DNA of 63,772 bases, filler included, from Aduncisulcus paluster (Eukaryota): NCBI GenBank assembly GCA_024181965.1. It is 6 parts of 6 records of this genome, joined end to end, with 100 filler letters (N's around TTAATTAATTAA, not from the genome) between each part and the next. Parts side by side here need not be neighbours in the genome. Positions count along the whole stretch, not along the records: positions 41,893 to 57,539 come from BQXS01012604.1; 5 more parts are not named here. One strand, given 5' to 3'. The notes below the pieces were generated by a model that made no database searches, was not told the DNA's origin, and saw only the letters and a list, made by a program, of their open reading frames with translations. Positions 42,901-55,149 of the stretch are shown here, one piece after another; the first letter of the stretch is position 1, and each line of letters starts with the position of its first letter. The position numbers and the translations under genes were made by a program.

Positions 42901-45432
42901 TTATTCGCTAAACAATCCTTCAATGTCTACTCCATCACTCACATCAACCTCTCTGGTACTTAGACTTCCACCATCCTTCAAAACAACCATGGTTCCATCC
43001 TCGATCTTCATCTTTTTTGTGATCAAAGCTAAGATACGATATGTCTCGACGATCTCAGTTGTGTCTTCGATCTTTCCTGCTCTGATAAGCTTACTCACGA
43101 CATTTTTAATCAGGTCATTCTCTGTCACAGGTATTTTCTCACCTCGCGACACAGCTGCGTTAACTTCAGACACGTAACTATCGTTTTCTTTGAGTTCATC
43201 AATTAACTCCTCTCCCTTTCTCATCAAATCGAGTGTCAGGAGTATGATGCGACTGTAATAAACAAAATCATCGTACGAAAGAGTGGTCGTTGTTGCCGAT
43301 TGCTTCTTTCGAGGAACAAACTCCCCTGCTGTCAAGTCAGAATCAGAAGACTCGACATCTCCCTCGTGCCGTAGCATATCCTCTTCTTCACCACTGGCTT
43401 CTCTCCCTTCTCTCCCTTCTCCTTCTTCTTCTTCTTGAGTCTCACCAATAACTGACCCATCCTCATCTAATCTTATCTCTCCACTGTTGACCTTGACATT
43501 CATTTCTTTCACTAGTTCAACTGCACGATCAACATCTTTCTCTTCCACTCGATCGCTCATTCGAAGCTTAGCGAATGCTTCACTTAACCTGACCAATGAC
43601 TCCAATTGTCTGATTGTGTATCTAAATGCTACTCTTCCACGATCCATCCCACTCATTCGAAGCTTAGTGTAGTGTTTGTTAAGGAGTTTCCTTGTCGAGT
43701 TTGTGATCCTGGGTTGAAATGACCGGGCAAAACGAATAAATAACCTTAATTGCTCTTGTGAATATGGCACATCAGTCTCATGTTTCACATGTTTCTTACT
43801 GTGGAAATGGAGTATAGCATCGGCAATGTTATTATCGATCGACCGATTATGCTCATCCATCATTATGAATACAAGATCGAAACGAGACAATATGGGTGGA
43901 GATATACGAACATTTGACCGTAAAGGACGAGATATGTCATAATTGCCATACGCAGGATTCATGGCAGCTAAAACACTCGTCCTGGCATTTAGACTGGCTT
44001 GAATACCGGCTTTAGTGATTGAGATTGTCTGTTGTTCCATTGCTTCATGAATGGCAACTTGGTCATGTTCATCCATTTTCTCAAACTCATCAATGGCACA
44101 AATGCCACCGTCAGCAAGCATCATGGCACCAGCTTCAATGGTATACTCGCCACTTTCAGAATCTTTTACAACAGAAGCGGTCAAACCGGCTGCAGACGAT
44201 GATTTACCGGCTGTGAAAACACTTCGAGGTAATAGATCGACGGCACCCTTGAGAATCTTGGATTTACCAACAGATGGATCACCAACAAGAAGAATATTGA
44301 CATCACCACGTAAAGGAACCCCCTCAGGAGTAACTTTAGAGACGCCACCTAACATCTGAAGGATAATACCAAGCTTAACTTTCTCATATCCAAAAATATG
44401 GGGGCAAAACGAACCAATAATCTTTTTCTCACGGTTGATATCACGCGCAACGGCTAAAACAAGGTCACTTTCACGTTTGGAGAAGGATTCGGCAACTTTT
44501 TGTGGTGTAATAATATCAACTTTTCCTTCACGATCAGCAACGTCACGATCAGCAAAGTCAATACCTTTGGTGAGTCCAGCATTACCAGCCCAAAAGCCAC
44601 TCTCATCCTCTACATTTCCAACCAATGGCTGAGGAGCATCTATTGAGGCCAAGTGAGAAGCATTGAAAAAGGGGACGAAATTAACATCTTTAAGGCCTAT
44701 TCCCCCCATAATCAGACCTCTAGATCCGACTTGAACACCTTTATCCTTGCTGATTTGTGCTCCAGCTCTCTGTCTTGAAGAAACGTTTCGATTCTGCCGT
44801 AACTCGAGGTATCCAGTCACTACGATCCTATCTCCTGGTTTAACTCTATCGACAAGCTCCCCTCGTAAGATAACATCGATTATTGACGGGGCAATTCCAC
44901 CTTTCATGTCATGAGCAGCCTGCTGAACTTTGATCTTCTGATGATCTATCGTTTGGTTATCCGAACTAACTATCTTCCATTTGTTTGTGTTTTGACACTT
45001 CTCATTGGTACAATATCCGGGTTCAGTATAACCGTCGCGCTGTACAACCCTAATTTTGGCTCCACATCCTTCCTCCTGGCATTGGAAAGTAGCACAGTGA
45101 AGCTCGGGATGGATTGGGAATACACGGGTTACTTGTCCAGAAATAGAGGTCAAAAATCCCTGACGTTGGGGATATAATGAATGTCTGATGGGAGTAATTC
45201 TTGGGAAGTTAAATATAGATATTTGGGGGAAAGAAAGTGGGGTAGAAATTGCTTGAGATAAACATCTCTCAAATTCAGGCAAAAGAACGTGAAAATTCTT
45301 TACGAGAAGGTCTTCATTTGGGAAAAATAATAACAACTCAGAATAATTGACATATAGCGTCTGAAGTCCATGACGAACCATAGATTCTAGTTGATCTTTG
45401 CAGGCAGCCTCTAGGTAACGCTTGAATTCCAT
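42901..45432 (-). CDS. MCM6: DNA replication licensing factor MCM6
   Basis: Zinc finger CQEEGC...CTNEKC; Walker A GDPSVGKS; GKSSSAAGLTASVVKD; IDEFEKMDEHDQVAIHEAMEQQTISITKAGIQASLNAR; SRFD; TIRQLESLVRLSEA; MCM6-type C-terminal winged helix. Confidence 0.93.
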   Translation of the reverse strand: MEFKRYLEAACKDQLESMVRHGLQTLYVNYSELLLFFPNEDLLVKNFHVLLPEFERCLSQAISTPLSFPQISIFNFPRITPIRHSLYPQRQGFLTSISGQVTRVFPIHPELHCATFQCQEEGCGAKIRVVQRDGYTEPGYCTNEKCQNTNKWKIVSSDNQTIDHQKIKVQQAAHDMKGGIAPSIIDVILRGELVDRVKPGDRIVVTGYLELRQNRNVSSRQRAGAQISKDKGVQVGSRGLIMGGIGLKDVNFVPFFNASHLASIDAPQPLVGNVEDESGFWAGNAGLTKGIDFADRDVADREGKVDIITPQKVAESFSKRESDLVLAVARDINREKKIIGSFCPHIFGYEKVKLGIILQMLGGVSKVTPEGVPLRGDVNILLVGDPSVGKSKILKGAVDLLPRSVFTAGKSSSAAGLTASVVKDSESGEYTIEAGAMMLADGGICAIDEFEKMDEHDQVAIHEAMEQQTISITKAGIQASLNARTSVLAAMNPAYGNYDISRPLRSNVRISPPILSRFDLVFIMMDEHNRSIDNNIADAILHFHSKKHVKHETDVPYSQEQLRLFIRFARSFQPRITNSTRKLLNKHYTKLRMSGMDRGRVAFRYTIRQLESLVRLSEAFAKLRMSDRVEEKDVDRAVELVKEMNVKVNSGEIRLDEDGSVIGETQEEEEGEGREGREASGEEEDMLRHEGDVESSDSDLTAGEFVPRKKQSATTTTLSYDDFVYYSRIILLTLDLMRKGEELIDELKENDSYVSEVNAAVSRGEKIPVTENDLIKNVVSKLIRAGKIEDTTEIVETYRILALITKKMKIEDGTMVVLKDGGSLSTREVDVSDGVDIEGLFSE

Positions 45433-45628
45433 TGATGCAGCCAAAAGTGAAAAATTTTCAATATTATTTCAAAAAGAGAATTTATTTGGAAAAAAATATG
45501 ATTTAGTGGAAATAAAAGGATTTATACGATCTGTTTATGCTCAAAACAAACTTCATTTTTCAAATTATACCGTTTTTTAGCGATTAGTTAGCTGATCGCC
45601 TCAGGCAACCTTTTCTCTTGAATTAAAA

Positions 45629-48600
45629 ATGGAATTCTACGCCCCAATCAAAGAAAGAAGATATATATTCTTTAATTGGTTAAATTCCTCCAATAGTTTA
45701 TATTTTTTCTGTCATTTGATACGCTATATCTATATAATTCTCTTCTGGCTTTGGGGATGGACACTCCTTGATAATAATGAATCCCTTGATGTTTTTAATA
45801 TTAAATCATTTGTAGTATGGGTTGATATGTTCTTTCTTAGTGAAATATCTCCCTTTGGAACAATTGTTATTATGGCGGCCAATGGTTGTTTATTATTGCT
45901 AATATGTGCATATTTTTATCTTTATTTTGGCAGACATTTATCAATTTCAAGATATATTGCCAGTTATTGCCTAGTAGCTACTCATTTCCTATTTGGGACA
46001 TTTTCCATTCCTATTTTCTTTTATCAAACATATTGTACAAATTATATATTGACCCACGATGGGATTCCTAATCTTTCATGCCTTATTTTTATTGTTCCTG
46101 GCATTATCATCTTTGCTGGCTCAATAGCCTATGTATTATACTCTGTGAAGCCAGTTCCATCCAGTTCAGTGTTTTCAAGCATATCCTCGAAGAAACAACT
46201 TCGTGAACATGTCATTACAATAGTGATGATTCCAATTCTAAATATCATTTCTAACTACGAGTCCATGGTTATCCGGAACATGACCATTTTTTGTTATTTA
46301 CTTGTTGGATTAGGATTATTCATTGATTCGTTACTTTCATTTGGGTATTATTCCCTCCTTGTAAATTATTTATCCGCGCTAGGTTACTATATCTCAATTT
46401 CCTTCGCGATCTTCACGTTTGGATTGACAGAACGGATTGAAAACACATCCATTGCAACAGTTATATCTATATTTGGGCTAGTATGGATATTTCTTGGGAT
46501 ACTTTGTCTAAAACCCATCATGAAGTATATATTGGTTAAAAAACAATGTATTCACTTAGATCCAAAGACTACAAATCCTTCATTGTGTTTTTCTCAGCTA
46601 TCTGTGACTCTGATTGGAGGTGAAACGAGTCTTGTTCGACGTGCAGTTCCCTTTATTATGAAAACTCGTAAAATCGTTCCTGTTAGGAAAAGAGCCTATA
46701 TTCAGCCAATTTATGATGCTTTTCAATGCGGTTGCTCTGAATATAACCTTCGGGATCCTATTATTGAACCTTTTTCAGCCTCTTCAAGTTCTGGGTCTTC
46801 TTCAGCCTCAGGTTCTGGTTCTCTATCTTCTTCAAGGGGTATTAATATAGATCGGTCTCTCTCTGTGCGACACAGAGACAGTGGAAGTGTCGATATTGTT
46901 GACATTGACGGAGATCTTTCGTCAAGTTCAGAAGAGACCACTGCACGAATAGGGATGCTTGATTCCGCGAAAACCCAGCGCACAAAACAAGAAAAGGGTG
47001 TCGATAAGCCCATTGTCTTACCCAGGACCACTAAAGATATTGGTTCAGCCCGTGTGGATCNNNNNNNNNNNNNNNNNNNNGTGAAACGAGTCTTGTTCGA
47101 CGTGCAGTTCCCTTTATTATGAAAACTCGTAAAATCGTTCCTGTTAGGAAAAGAGCCTATATTCAGCCAATTTATGATGCTTTTCAATGCGGTTGCTCTG
47201 AATATAACCTTCGGGATCCTATTATTGAACATTTTTCAGCCTCTTCAAGTTCTGGGTCTTCTTCAGCCTCAGGTTCTGGTTCTCTATCTTCTTCAAGGGG
47301 TATTAATATAGATCGGTCTCTCTCTGTGCGACACAGAGACAGTGGAAGTGTCGATATTGTTGACATTGACGGAGATCTTTCGTCAAGTTCAGAAGAGACC
47401 ACTCCACGAATAGGGATGCTTGATTCCGCGAAAACCCAGCGCACAAAACAAGAAAAGGGTGTCGATAAGCCCATTGTCTTACCCAGGACCACTAAAGATA
47501 TTGGTTCAGCCCGTGTGGATCATCCTACAAAAGACCCTACTGTCACTCAAGCTTCTTCTCCATCTGTCCAGTATTTCATTGGACAGAGTGGAAGGAGGAA
47601 GAAGAGGATAAAACTTCCCAAGGCATCAAGCAGAAGAAATAGTCAGAGTACAGATGCAACAATTTTTGGAGGTTCACGAATTGGTTCCTCATCCTCATCC
47701 TCATCCTCTCGACAAACCAATATAAAAGGCAGTCAGAAGAAAGAAGAAGAAGGTAAGTATTCTCAGCATCGACTATTCCATGCCAAAGACACGGAATACC
47801 ATAGTTTAACTCAAGTTGAAGTATCTATGCGATTTGCTCGTTTCCTGCCTCACTCATGGAGCAAGTCACATGCCTTGAATATTGTTCATGGACTACTCCA
47901 GAATGAATTGCTTTGTGACGATGCTCATGTCCTTTGTGCTTTGTTGCATTTCGAGTTTAATGAACCAGAGTCTTCGTACGAACATTGCATTCATGTGTTG
48001 ATGCACTGCCAGCGTGATGAGCACAGGTTTATTTGTATGAGTATTCTTATGAGAGGTGCTTTAAGAGGGGTAGAGAATGAAGGAACGAACCTTGGTTGTT
48101 TCGGAAAGGGGACTTGTTCCACGTCAACAACAGGTGGAGGGAGTACCAATCCGACATCTGGTATGGGGTCGACTGGAACGAATTTGACTGGAAGTTCAAT
48201 GAATTCTGGTACCGGTGCGGGTGTTGGTGCGAATAATGGAAATGGTCCATTTTGTCAGGGGCATGGTCGAGTTGAGAATAGAATTGTATGGGAGAGAAGA
48301 GAGAAGAAGTGGAGAGGCAAATCGTTCGTTAATCGGGGTATTAAGTTTAGAATGGAGTGGAAATATACAAAGTTCGCACGAGAAATGTTGTTTGGTGCTG
48401 AAGAAGAGAGAGAGAGAGAGAGAGATGGAAATAGAGAGAAGCCAGGGGTTGGGTTCTTTAAAACCAAGAGCAATGTCATCTCCAGCAGATTCGGGAAGAA
48501 ACCCAACACAAGGGAAAAAACCAGGAAGCAGCGTGAGTGGCCATATCGGTTTGATTCGACAAATGTCTAAAAATAGAATTGAATATGTCGATGATGATGA

Positions 48601-51600
48601 TGCTGATCGTGTACTTGGGACTAGTGGGGAGAGTAGCAAGAAAGGGGTGTTGACCAAAACTTCAAGTGGTGATCTCGGTTCTGTATCCGGTTCTAGCATG
48701 TATTCTTCCGGTTCTACCGATCAAATTACCGGTAGTTCATATAGATCCCATATTAACAATATTAGTGGAATGTCTCATATTTCGTCTTCCAGCACTCTCG
48801 GACATGATTCTTCCGGTTCTGTTCGGTCAAAACCGGCACCAGGTGAACATGGTCACTCAAAACAGACAACAAAATTGAGCAAACGAAATGCCAAAATAGT
48901 GAAGAGAAAGAATCTAACCAAAAGGATGTTTTCAAAACAACAAGAAAGGAGTGTAAAAGATTTGTCTTCCCGTTCTTCATCTTCTTACTCGACTGATTCT
49001 TTCTCAATTAATTATTCTGATGACTATGACTATGAAGAAGAGGAGGATGAAGAGGAGGAATCTGATCGTTCTCTTGAACCTTACTTGCCTTCTGCTGTGT
49101 CATTCCCTTCTTTCTCAAAAATATCTCTCAATTCTATTTATAACTACCATCTATTTTTATTCTTATCAACAGTTTCTCATTTCAATGAATTTTCTGTCTC
49201 TCTTTCCTCAACTACCCTTTCCTTCAAATATCTATCAAATTTGTTGCAAAAAACTTATTCGATTGAATCAAGATTGGAAGATATTAGCGGTTTGTTTTTA
49301 CATATTTGGGAAGGAAATCATACAATTAACCTTTCAAACGTTGGTTCTTATGGATATTTGAAGGAAAGATCTTTGGGATCGGCAACTGGATCATCGGTGC
49401 CGCACCAATCTAAATTTGGATCAAAGTTACTCATTGGGGATGCTTATTCGTTTTTCCAAGAATCTGGTGGAGCCGGAGGTCAGGCTGAGTCATATCCCGG
49501 TTCAGCCGGTGGATTTGGCGGTAGTGGAAATCCCCATCGAAGCGGTCAGAGAAAGAAAAGGAATGGTGACCTTGGTGGTGGATCGTTTGATGCCGGTAGT
49601 ATTCCCGGTAGCGCCGGCCATTCTGCACCGGTTTCAAGTGGTAATAATTCTATAATGCAGACTGTTGAAGCTGAACAAAGGTACAAGAAACGGCGAAAAA
49701 GATTATTGGATTCTCTCGTGTTGTGTAAGAAACGTGATTCTTCTCTTCTCACAAATTCTTCATCACACAATATTGTTCGCCGAAGTCAGCACGTCTTGCC
49801 TGCCATTTTAGCCAAATTCACATCGCTCCTCAAAACTCATATTCCCATTCCTTTCACATCTATAATCATATTCTTTATTCTTTCGTTTGTTGTAACCTCG
49901 ATTCTTGTATTTTTGTCCTCAGAATACAACTTTCTTGCTCTGAACAATTCATACAACCTTTCCACTGCTCTGATTGATGGACACACGTCAGCAATGACTT
50001 CTTCTCACGCAATCTATTTACGGAATCTTGGTGTTTCGATTGCATCTGAGATGATTGAAGAAGATTCCGAACTTCAGGATGCTGTTGCGTTAAAAGATGG
50101 ATCTCACGTCGATCTTTTGTTCTCTAAGAATTCATATCTCGTAGAATTAGAATCTTATAGACAAGTGACATGTACCAGTCAAGAAGAGTATTTATCTGAA
50201 ATCATTGACATTGTTAAGAACAAATATTCGGATCCTTTTATTCATCGTGTTATACAATCTATGATATATTACAACGACAGTGTTCTCCGCCAAGGCATTA
50301 TCGATTGTCCTCCTTTTGCTTATTTCCCGAATCCTCAGTGTTCAACGAGTCTATTTTCTGATATGGATTTGATTACAATATTTGCTGTCCTTCCATTGAG
50401 TATTATTGAGGATTGTACATATGAGAGTTTGTTTGAAGTTACTTCTGTGTCAAATATTATGACCATGGCTCTTCCATCTATTAATCACACCTCAGTAATC
50501 GAAGGAACATTAACAAAGATGCTGGAGAAAGAAGAAAGGATTCTACTAGCATCTGGATCAATGTTACTTGGTGTTTGCTGGGTGATTTGTGCACTCTTCA
50601 TCACAATTATGCTCGCTTTGTTCATTCAAGGCAATCATTCACTTACTCAGCATGAACGGTTTAGACTGGTTGTTCTATTAATAGCCGTGACAGTTCCGGT
50701 GCGAGCAATTGAGGAAAGTTTCACAACTAGAAATAGCATCAATGTATCTGGTGTTAGTGCCAGTTCAAATAGTAGCATAAATACCAATAGTGGAACTGGT
50801 AGAGAAAGAGAGAGAGAGAGTTCAAAATTAGGACACAGTTTCTTCTCTTCTAAAAAAGAGAAATATCGTAGATCACCAAGAAAAAACAAAGAGAAAGAGA
50901 AAGAGAAAGAAATTGAATCCTTACACAAAAAACCTCTCCATTCATCATTCTCTTCCTCTTCAAAGCAACCTAAGANNNNNNNNNNNNNNNNNNNNGATCA
51001 ATGTTACTTGGTGTTTGCTGGGTGATTTGTGCACTCTTCATCACAATTATGCTCGCTTTGTTCATTCAAGGCAATCATTCACTTACTCAGCATGAACGGT
51101 TTAGACTGGTTGTTCTATTAATAGCCGTGACAGTTCCGGTGCGAGCAATTGAGGAAAGTTTCACAACTAGAAATAGCATCAATGTATCTGGTGTTAGTGC
51201 CAGTTCAAATAGTAGCATAAATACCAATAGTGGAACTGGTAGAGAAAGAGAGAGAGAGAGTTCAAAATTAGGACACAGTTTCTTCTCTTCTAAAAAAGAG
51301 AAATATCGTAGATCACCAAGAAAAAACAAAGAGAAAGAGAAAGAGAAAGAAATTGAATCCTTACACAAAAAACCTCTCCATTCATCATTCTCTTCCTCTT
51401 CAAAGCAACCTAAGAAGTCAGAATCAGATGTAAGTTTAGACGAATCTCCCAATAACCATGATCTCACCTTACCTTCTAGATATCGACCTCCGTTGGCTGT
51501 GCAACTCAGAATGTTACATACTCATACAGATTTGCTATTTCAAGATGACGATGTGTTTAATATACGTTTCTCATCTCTTCGGACTCATCATTTTTATCTG

Positions 51601-54600
51601 TCTAAACTCGCTGTTCGAAATGTTGCCATTCAGACTTCTCTTGAGAAATGTGCGAGCCAAAAGAAATATCTGTGGGTCAGTGAATCATTCGTTAACTGTT
51701 CCGCAGTTTTATTGATTGCATTGGGATTTTCATTGTTCATTGGCCCAGCTCTGGCATCATTCTATTTCAGTATATTCTCTTCATACGAAGAAATGGGAGT
51801 AATCACTGCTGTTCCCGCCTTCACTCCTCAAATATCTATATCTTCTTTGTATTTCCATTCATGTATTGAAAACATTGAATCTGCATGTGCCAATGGTATG
51901 CACGATATATTATTCGAGACGGGTAAGTATGGTGCTTCTCTAACAGAATCCTATGCAATTGCTCCAACTGGAAGTTTTGCTCTTGATATTTTGAATCTTC
52001 ACAATACATATCTGGATTATTCTTCGATCATGCTTTCTGCTGGAACTCTTGCATTTGCTACTATTGCTGATGAAATGACATCGACCGATTCATTATATCT
52101 CTCATCTCTCACGAAATCTTATGATTATTCTCGAGATACAAGAATTCCTTTGTCTACGAGAGCCATTGACGCATCCAGAACTGTTGATGAACAGGATGTT
52201 CTGGCCTTGGAAACTATTTCCACACAGTTATATGGAGATTTGTTAGATCAAGTTCTTGATTATTCTTCTCTTTCAATCGCCCATGTTAGAAATTCTGCAG
52301 TAGGGTCAAGTTTCATGTCAAAGGCATCAAGCTCCGTCACTTCTTTAGTTTTTGTGTGTGTATTTGCCGTTTTGTTGCTCTGTATTCTTTGGTTAAGTTT
52401 CGTTGGCGTTGTTAATGTACAGATTGTCCACATTTCTAAATCTATGGTTGAGGAAAGGGAGAGGAAGAGGCAAAAACAAAAGAAAGAAGAAGAGAAGAGG
52501 AAGAAGAAAGAGGAGAAGAGGAAAGAGAAGGAAGAGAAGAAGAAAGCGAAAGAGGAAACGAAATTAAAGGAAAAAAGAAAGGAAGAACAAGAAGCAGCTG
52601 GGCAACGACTCGATGATTTGGCCACCAGGGGAATGATTTCGCATCGAGTTGCAGATGCCATGAAACCTATCAGTTCAGTTGCTCACGATGCTTTGTTTGT
52701 TAAGAAAAAGAAGAAACCTATGATCACCTCTCCATCTTCTTCCTCCATAATATCATCAGTTCAAGCTCAATCATCAGTTCAAGCTCAAACATCAGGGCAA
52801 GCTCAAACATCTTCGACTGTTCTTGATGCAGCATCTTCCTCTTCTTCAATGGCTTCAAATACTGCAAATGGGAAATTGTTTAATCAAAGCAATAGCAATT
52901 CCAGTGGAATACCCAATATGACATCAACTGGAAAGAATGTTTCAAATGATTTATCAATGAATCTTAATGAAATGACACGAAATGACGTGGATTGTTTGAT
53001 GAGACAGCAACCAGCAGCCACCAAAACCTGTATATTATTGTCACTTGCCATTATCGTGTCCTTATTGACCATGGTTGAGGTTCTGATATACCTTCACTTG
53101 AACAAGCACACTGATCGGGTACAAGGTTCTTCAAACTGTATTAACTTAATCAACACCGACTTCTCGATCTTCACTGACGCTATTAGTAGATCGGTATCAG
53201 CATCTATCTTAGCCAAAGCTGTGAATGAGGATATTCAAGTGAAAAGTATGGTAAGAATTCTAAATATTTCGATTCGTGATGAATACCGAACATTTATCGC
53301 CGATCTTGATCTTATTCAGAACAATCAGACAAATCAGAGCGAACATTTCCAGGCTGGTTTGTTTTCTTCCTCTACCGTTTTCGACCCTCACTCATTCAGT
53401 GATGTTGTTCCTCAAACCATTCAGAAAAAATTGATGAATTATAACGATAATATTTTCATTTTGGATTCGATCCGTGAATTGTTGTTGTATACCATGATTT
53501 TAAAGCATAGAAATGTTCATCCAAATGCTTATTCAGCATATATTCAGCATGAAGACATCTTTAATATGGTTAAATCGCAAGAATTCGAGTGTGTTTCTGA
53601 GTTTGCTGATGATGATATTTCATATGATGAAGTTCAATCAATCTGTGAATTGTATAATGATCTATTTTTAGATATTATTGATTTCAGTGTGATGTATTTA
53701 GATGAAGATACTGATGATTCTGATATATTCACCTTCTATCAATCTATTTTAAGATCAGTGTGGGAGGATTTAGACGATTTATCCGAGGGCGTAATTTCTA
53801 TTGCTGCCTTAACAAAGGAATTGGTGAGTGAAAGTATGACAACCGAATTCGACGATCACAAGCAAATGTTTGTATATATGATGCTAATAATATCCATTAT
53901 CATTCTCTTACTGATATTATATGCTGTATTTATCCACTTACTCACTTTACATCACCCTCATCCATGGTCAAGCGTGATCATTGGTCGTTTCAAACAACAT
54001 TTCAGGGAGTTTTCTATCTTGAGATTTGTGTTCTTGATTATGTGCTTGTCAATTGTTATTGTTCCACTGGCATTTTGTATAATTCAAACGAAGAGTATTT
54101 CCAATGAACAGAGCATTGTGCAATCTACCATTGAATTATCCCAGCTTGAGGGGTGGTTATGGTCGTCCATGATTCATGCAAGGAAGGCAGAAATTCAATT
54201 CGGGCCTATTATTGCTGGAATTGGTGAATTCTATCTTTCATTGTTCGAAGAAGGGTTGTCTGATCTTGTCACATATGGGTCAATCAATGGGTTCACATTA
54301 CCCATCGAAAAGGAAGCGATGAATACACTGATGATGTATGATACTTGCTTTCTCGACGATTCTGACGAGTGTGCTGCCAGATCTTACTCCTTTATCGGTT
54401 TTAAAGGATTCATGTCAACAATTACCTATTATAATAACCAACTATTGAGTCCAATGGTCACATCAGAGTCGAAAGCAGAGGCTTTGTACACCCTTGTGGA
54501 AATGGAAACGGAAATTAGAACAGCTTTTGAGAAACTTAAGATTTTGTGTGGAATGGCAACCGTTGACGAACAGCACAGCATTCGTGAATACTTGTTGATT

Positions 54601-54756
54601 ATTATTATTGGGATATTGGTGTTGACTACACTCCTGTTCTTGACAGTATTTACGTTAGTTTCTTTGAAGACACAAGAAAATATATCTTACAACGCTTTAT
54701 CTTTGTTGCCTCCAAGCTCGGTTGACGATCTGGCCATTATTGTGGATCTCCACTAA
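45629..54756 (+). CDS. giant polytopic membrane protein, TmcB (tiny macrocysts)-like architecture, ~2740 aa when reconstructed
   Basis: Four ORF pieces join once two gap duplications (461 and 440 bp) are removed and one frameshift in (AG)10 at 48405-48424 is repaired. N-terminal multi-TM block, TPR-like helices, Ser/Gly linkers, then repeated TM-extracellular domain-TM modules. Confidence 0.7.
46620..47521. repeat. gap-flanking direct duplication (46620-47060 vs 47081-47521)
   Basis: Flanks N20 at 47061-47080; copies differ at two SNPs (IEPF/IEHF, TTAR/TTPR). Confidence 0.9.
50556..51415. repeat. gap-flanking direct duplication (50556-50975 vs 50996-51415)
   Basis: Flanks N20 at 50976-50995. 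Confidence 0.9.
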
Positions 54757-55149
54757 ATCGGTGGCAACTGAAATAAAACTTCTTGATAACCTTGTTTTTC
54801 TGCCCAAGACGGGAATTTTCCTCTCACTTAGTTTACAGTCCACACAGTTATATTGTTGACTTGTAACTTACAATGTAGTACATTCAATGTAAGTTATTAA
54901 GCCGAGCTCAAGAATCACATTTCCAATATACACCATAACCCATAGCGCTTAGAACATCAAATTGGTAATTAGTAGAGCATTTATTCTTCCAAATTATGCT
55001 ATTTCTGTGTCATTTAGAAAATAGAATTCTAAAAATAGATTTTCTAAAAATTGATTTTCTAAAAATAGAAATGGCTTTTTTTATTATTATTTTCAATTTC
55101 ATTATTTTTTGATAACTTTTGAGATGGATTCGGATGATCCAGCTTCTAT

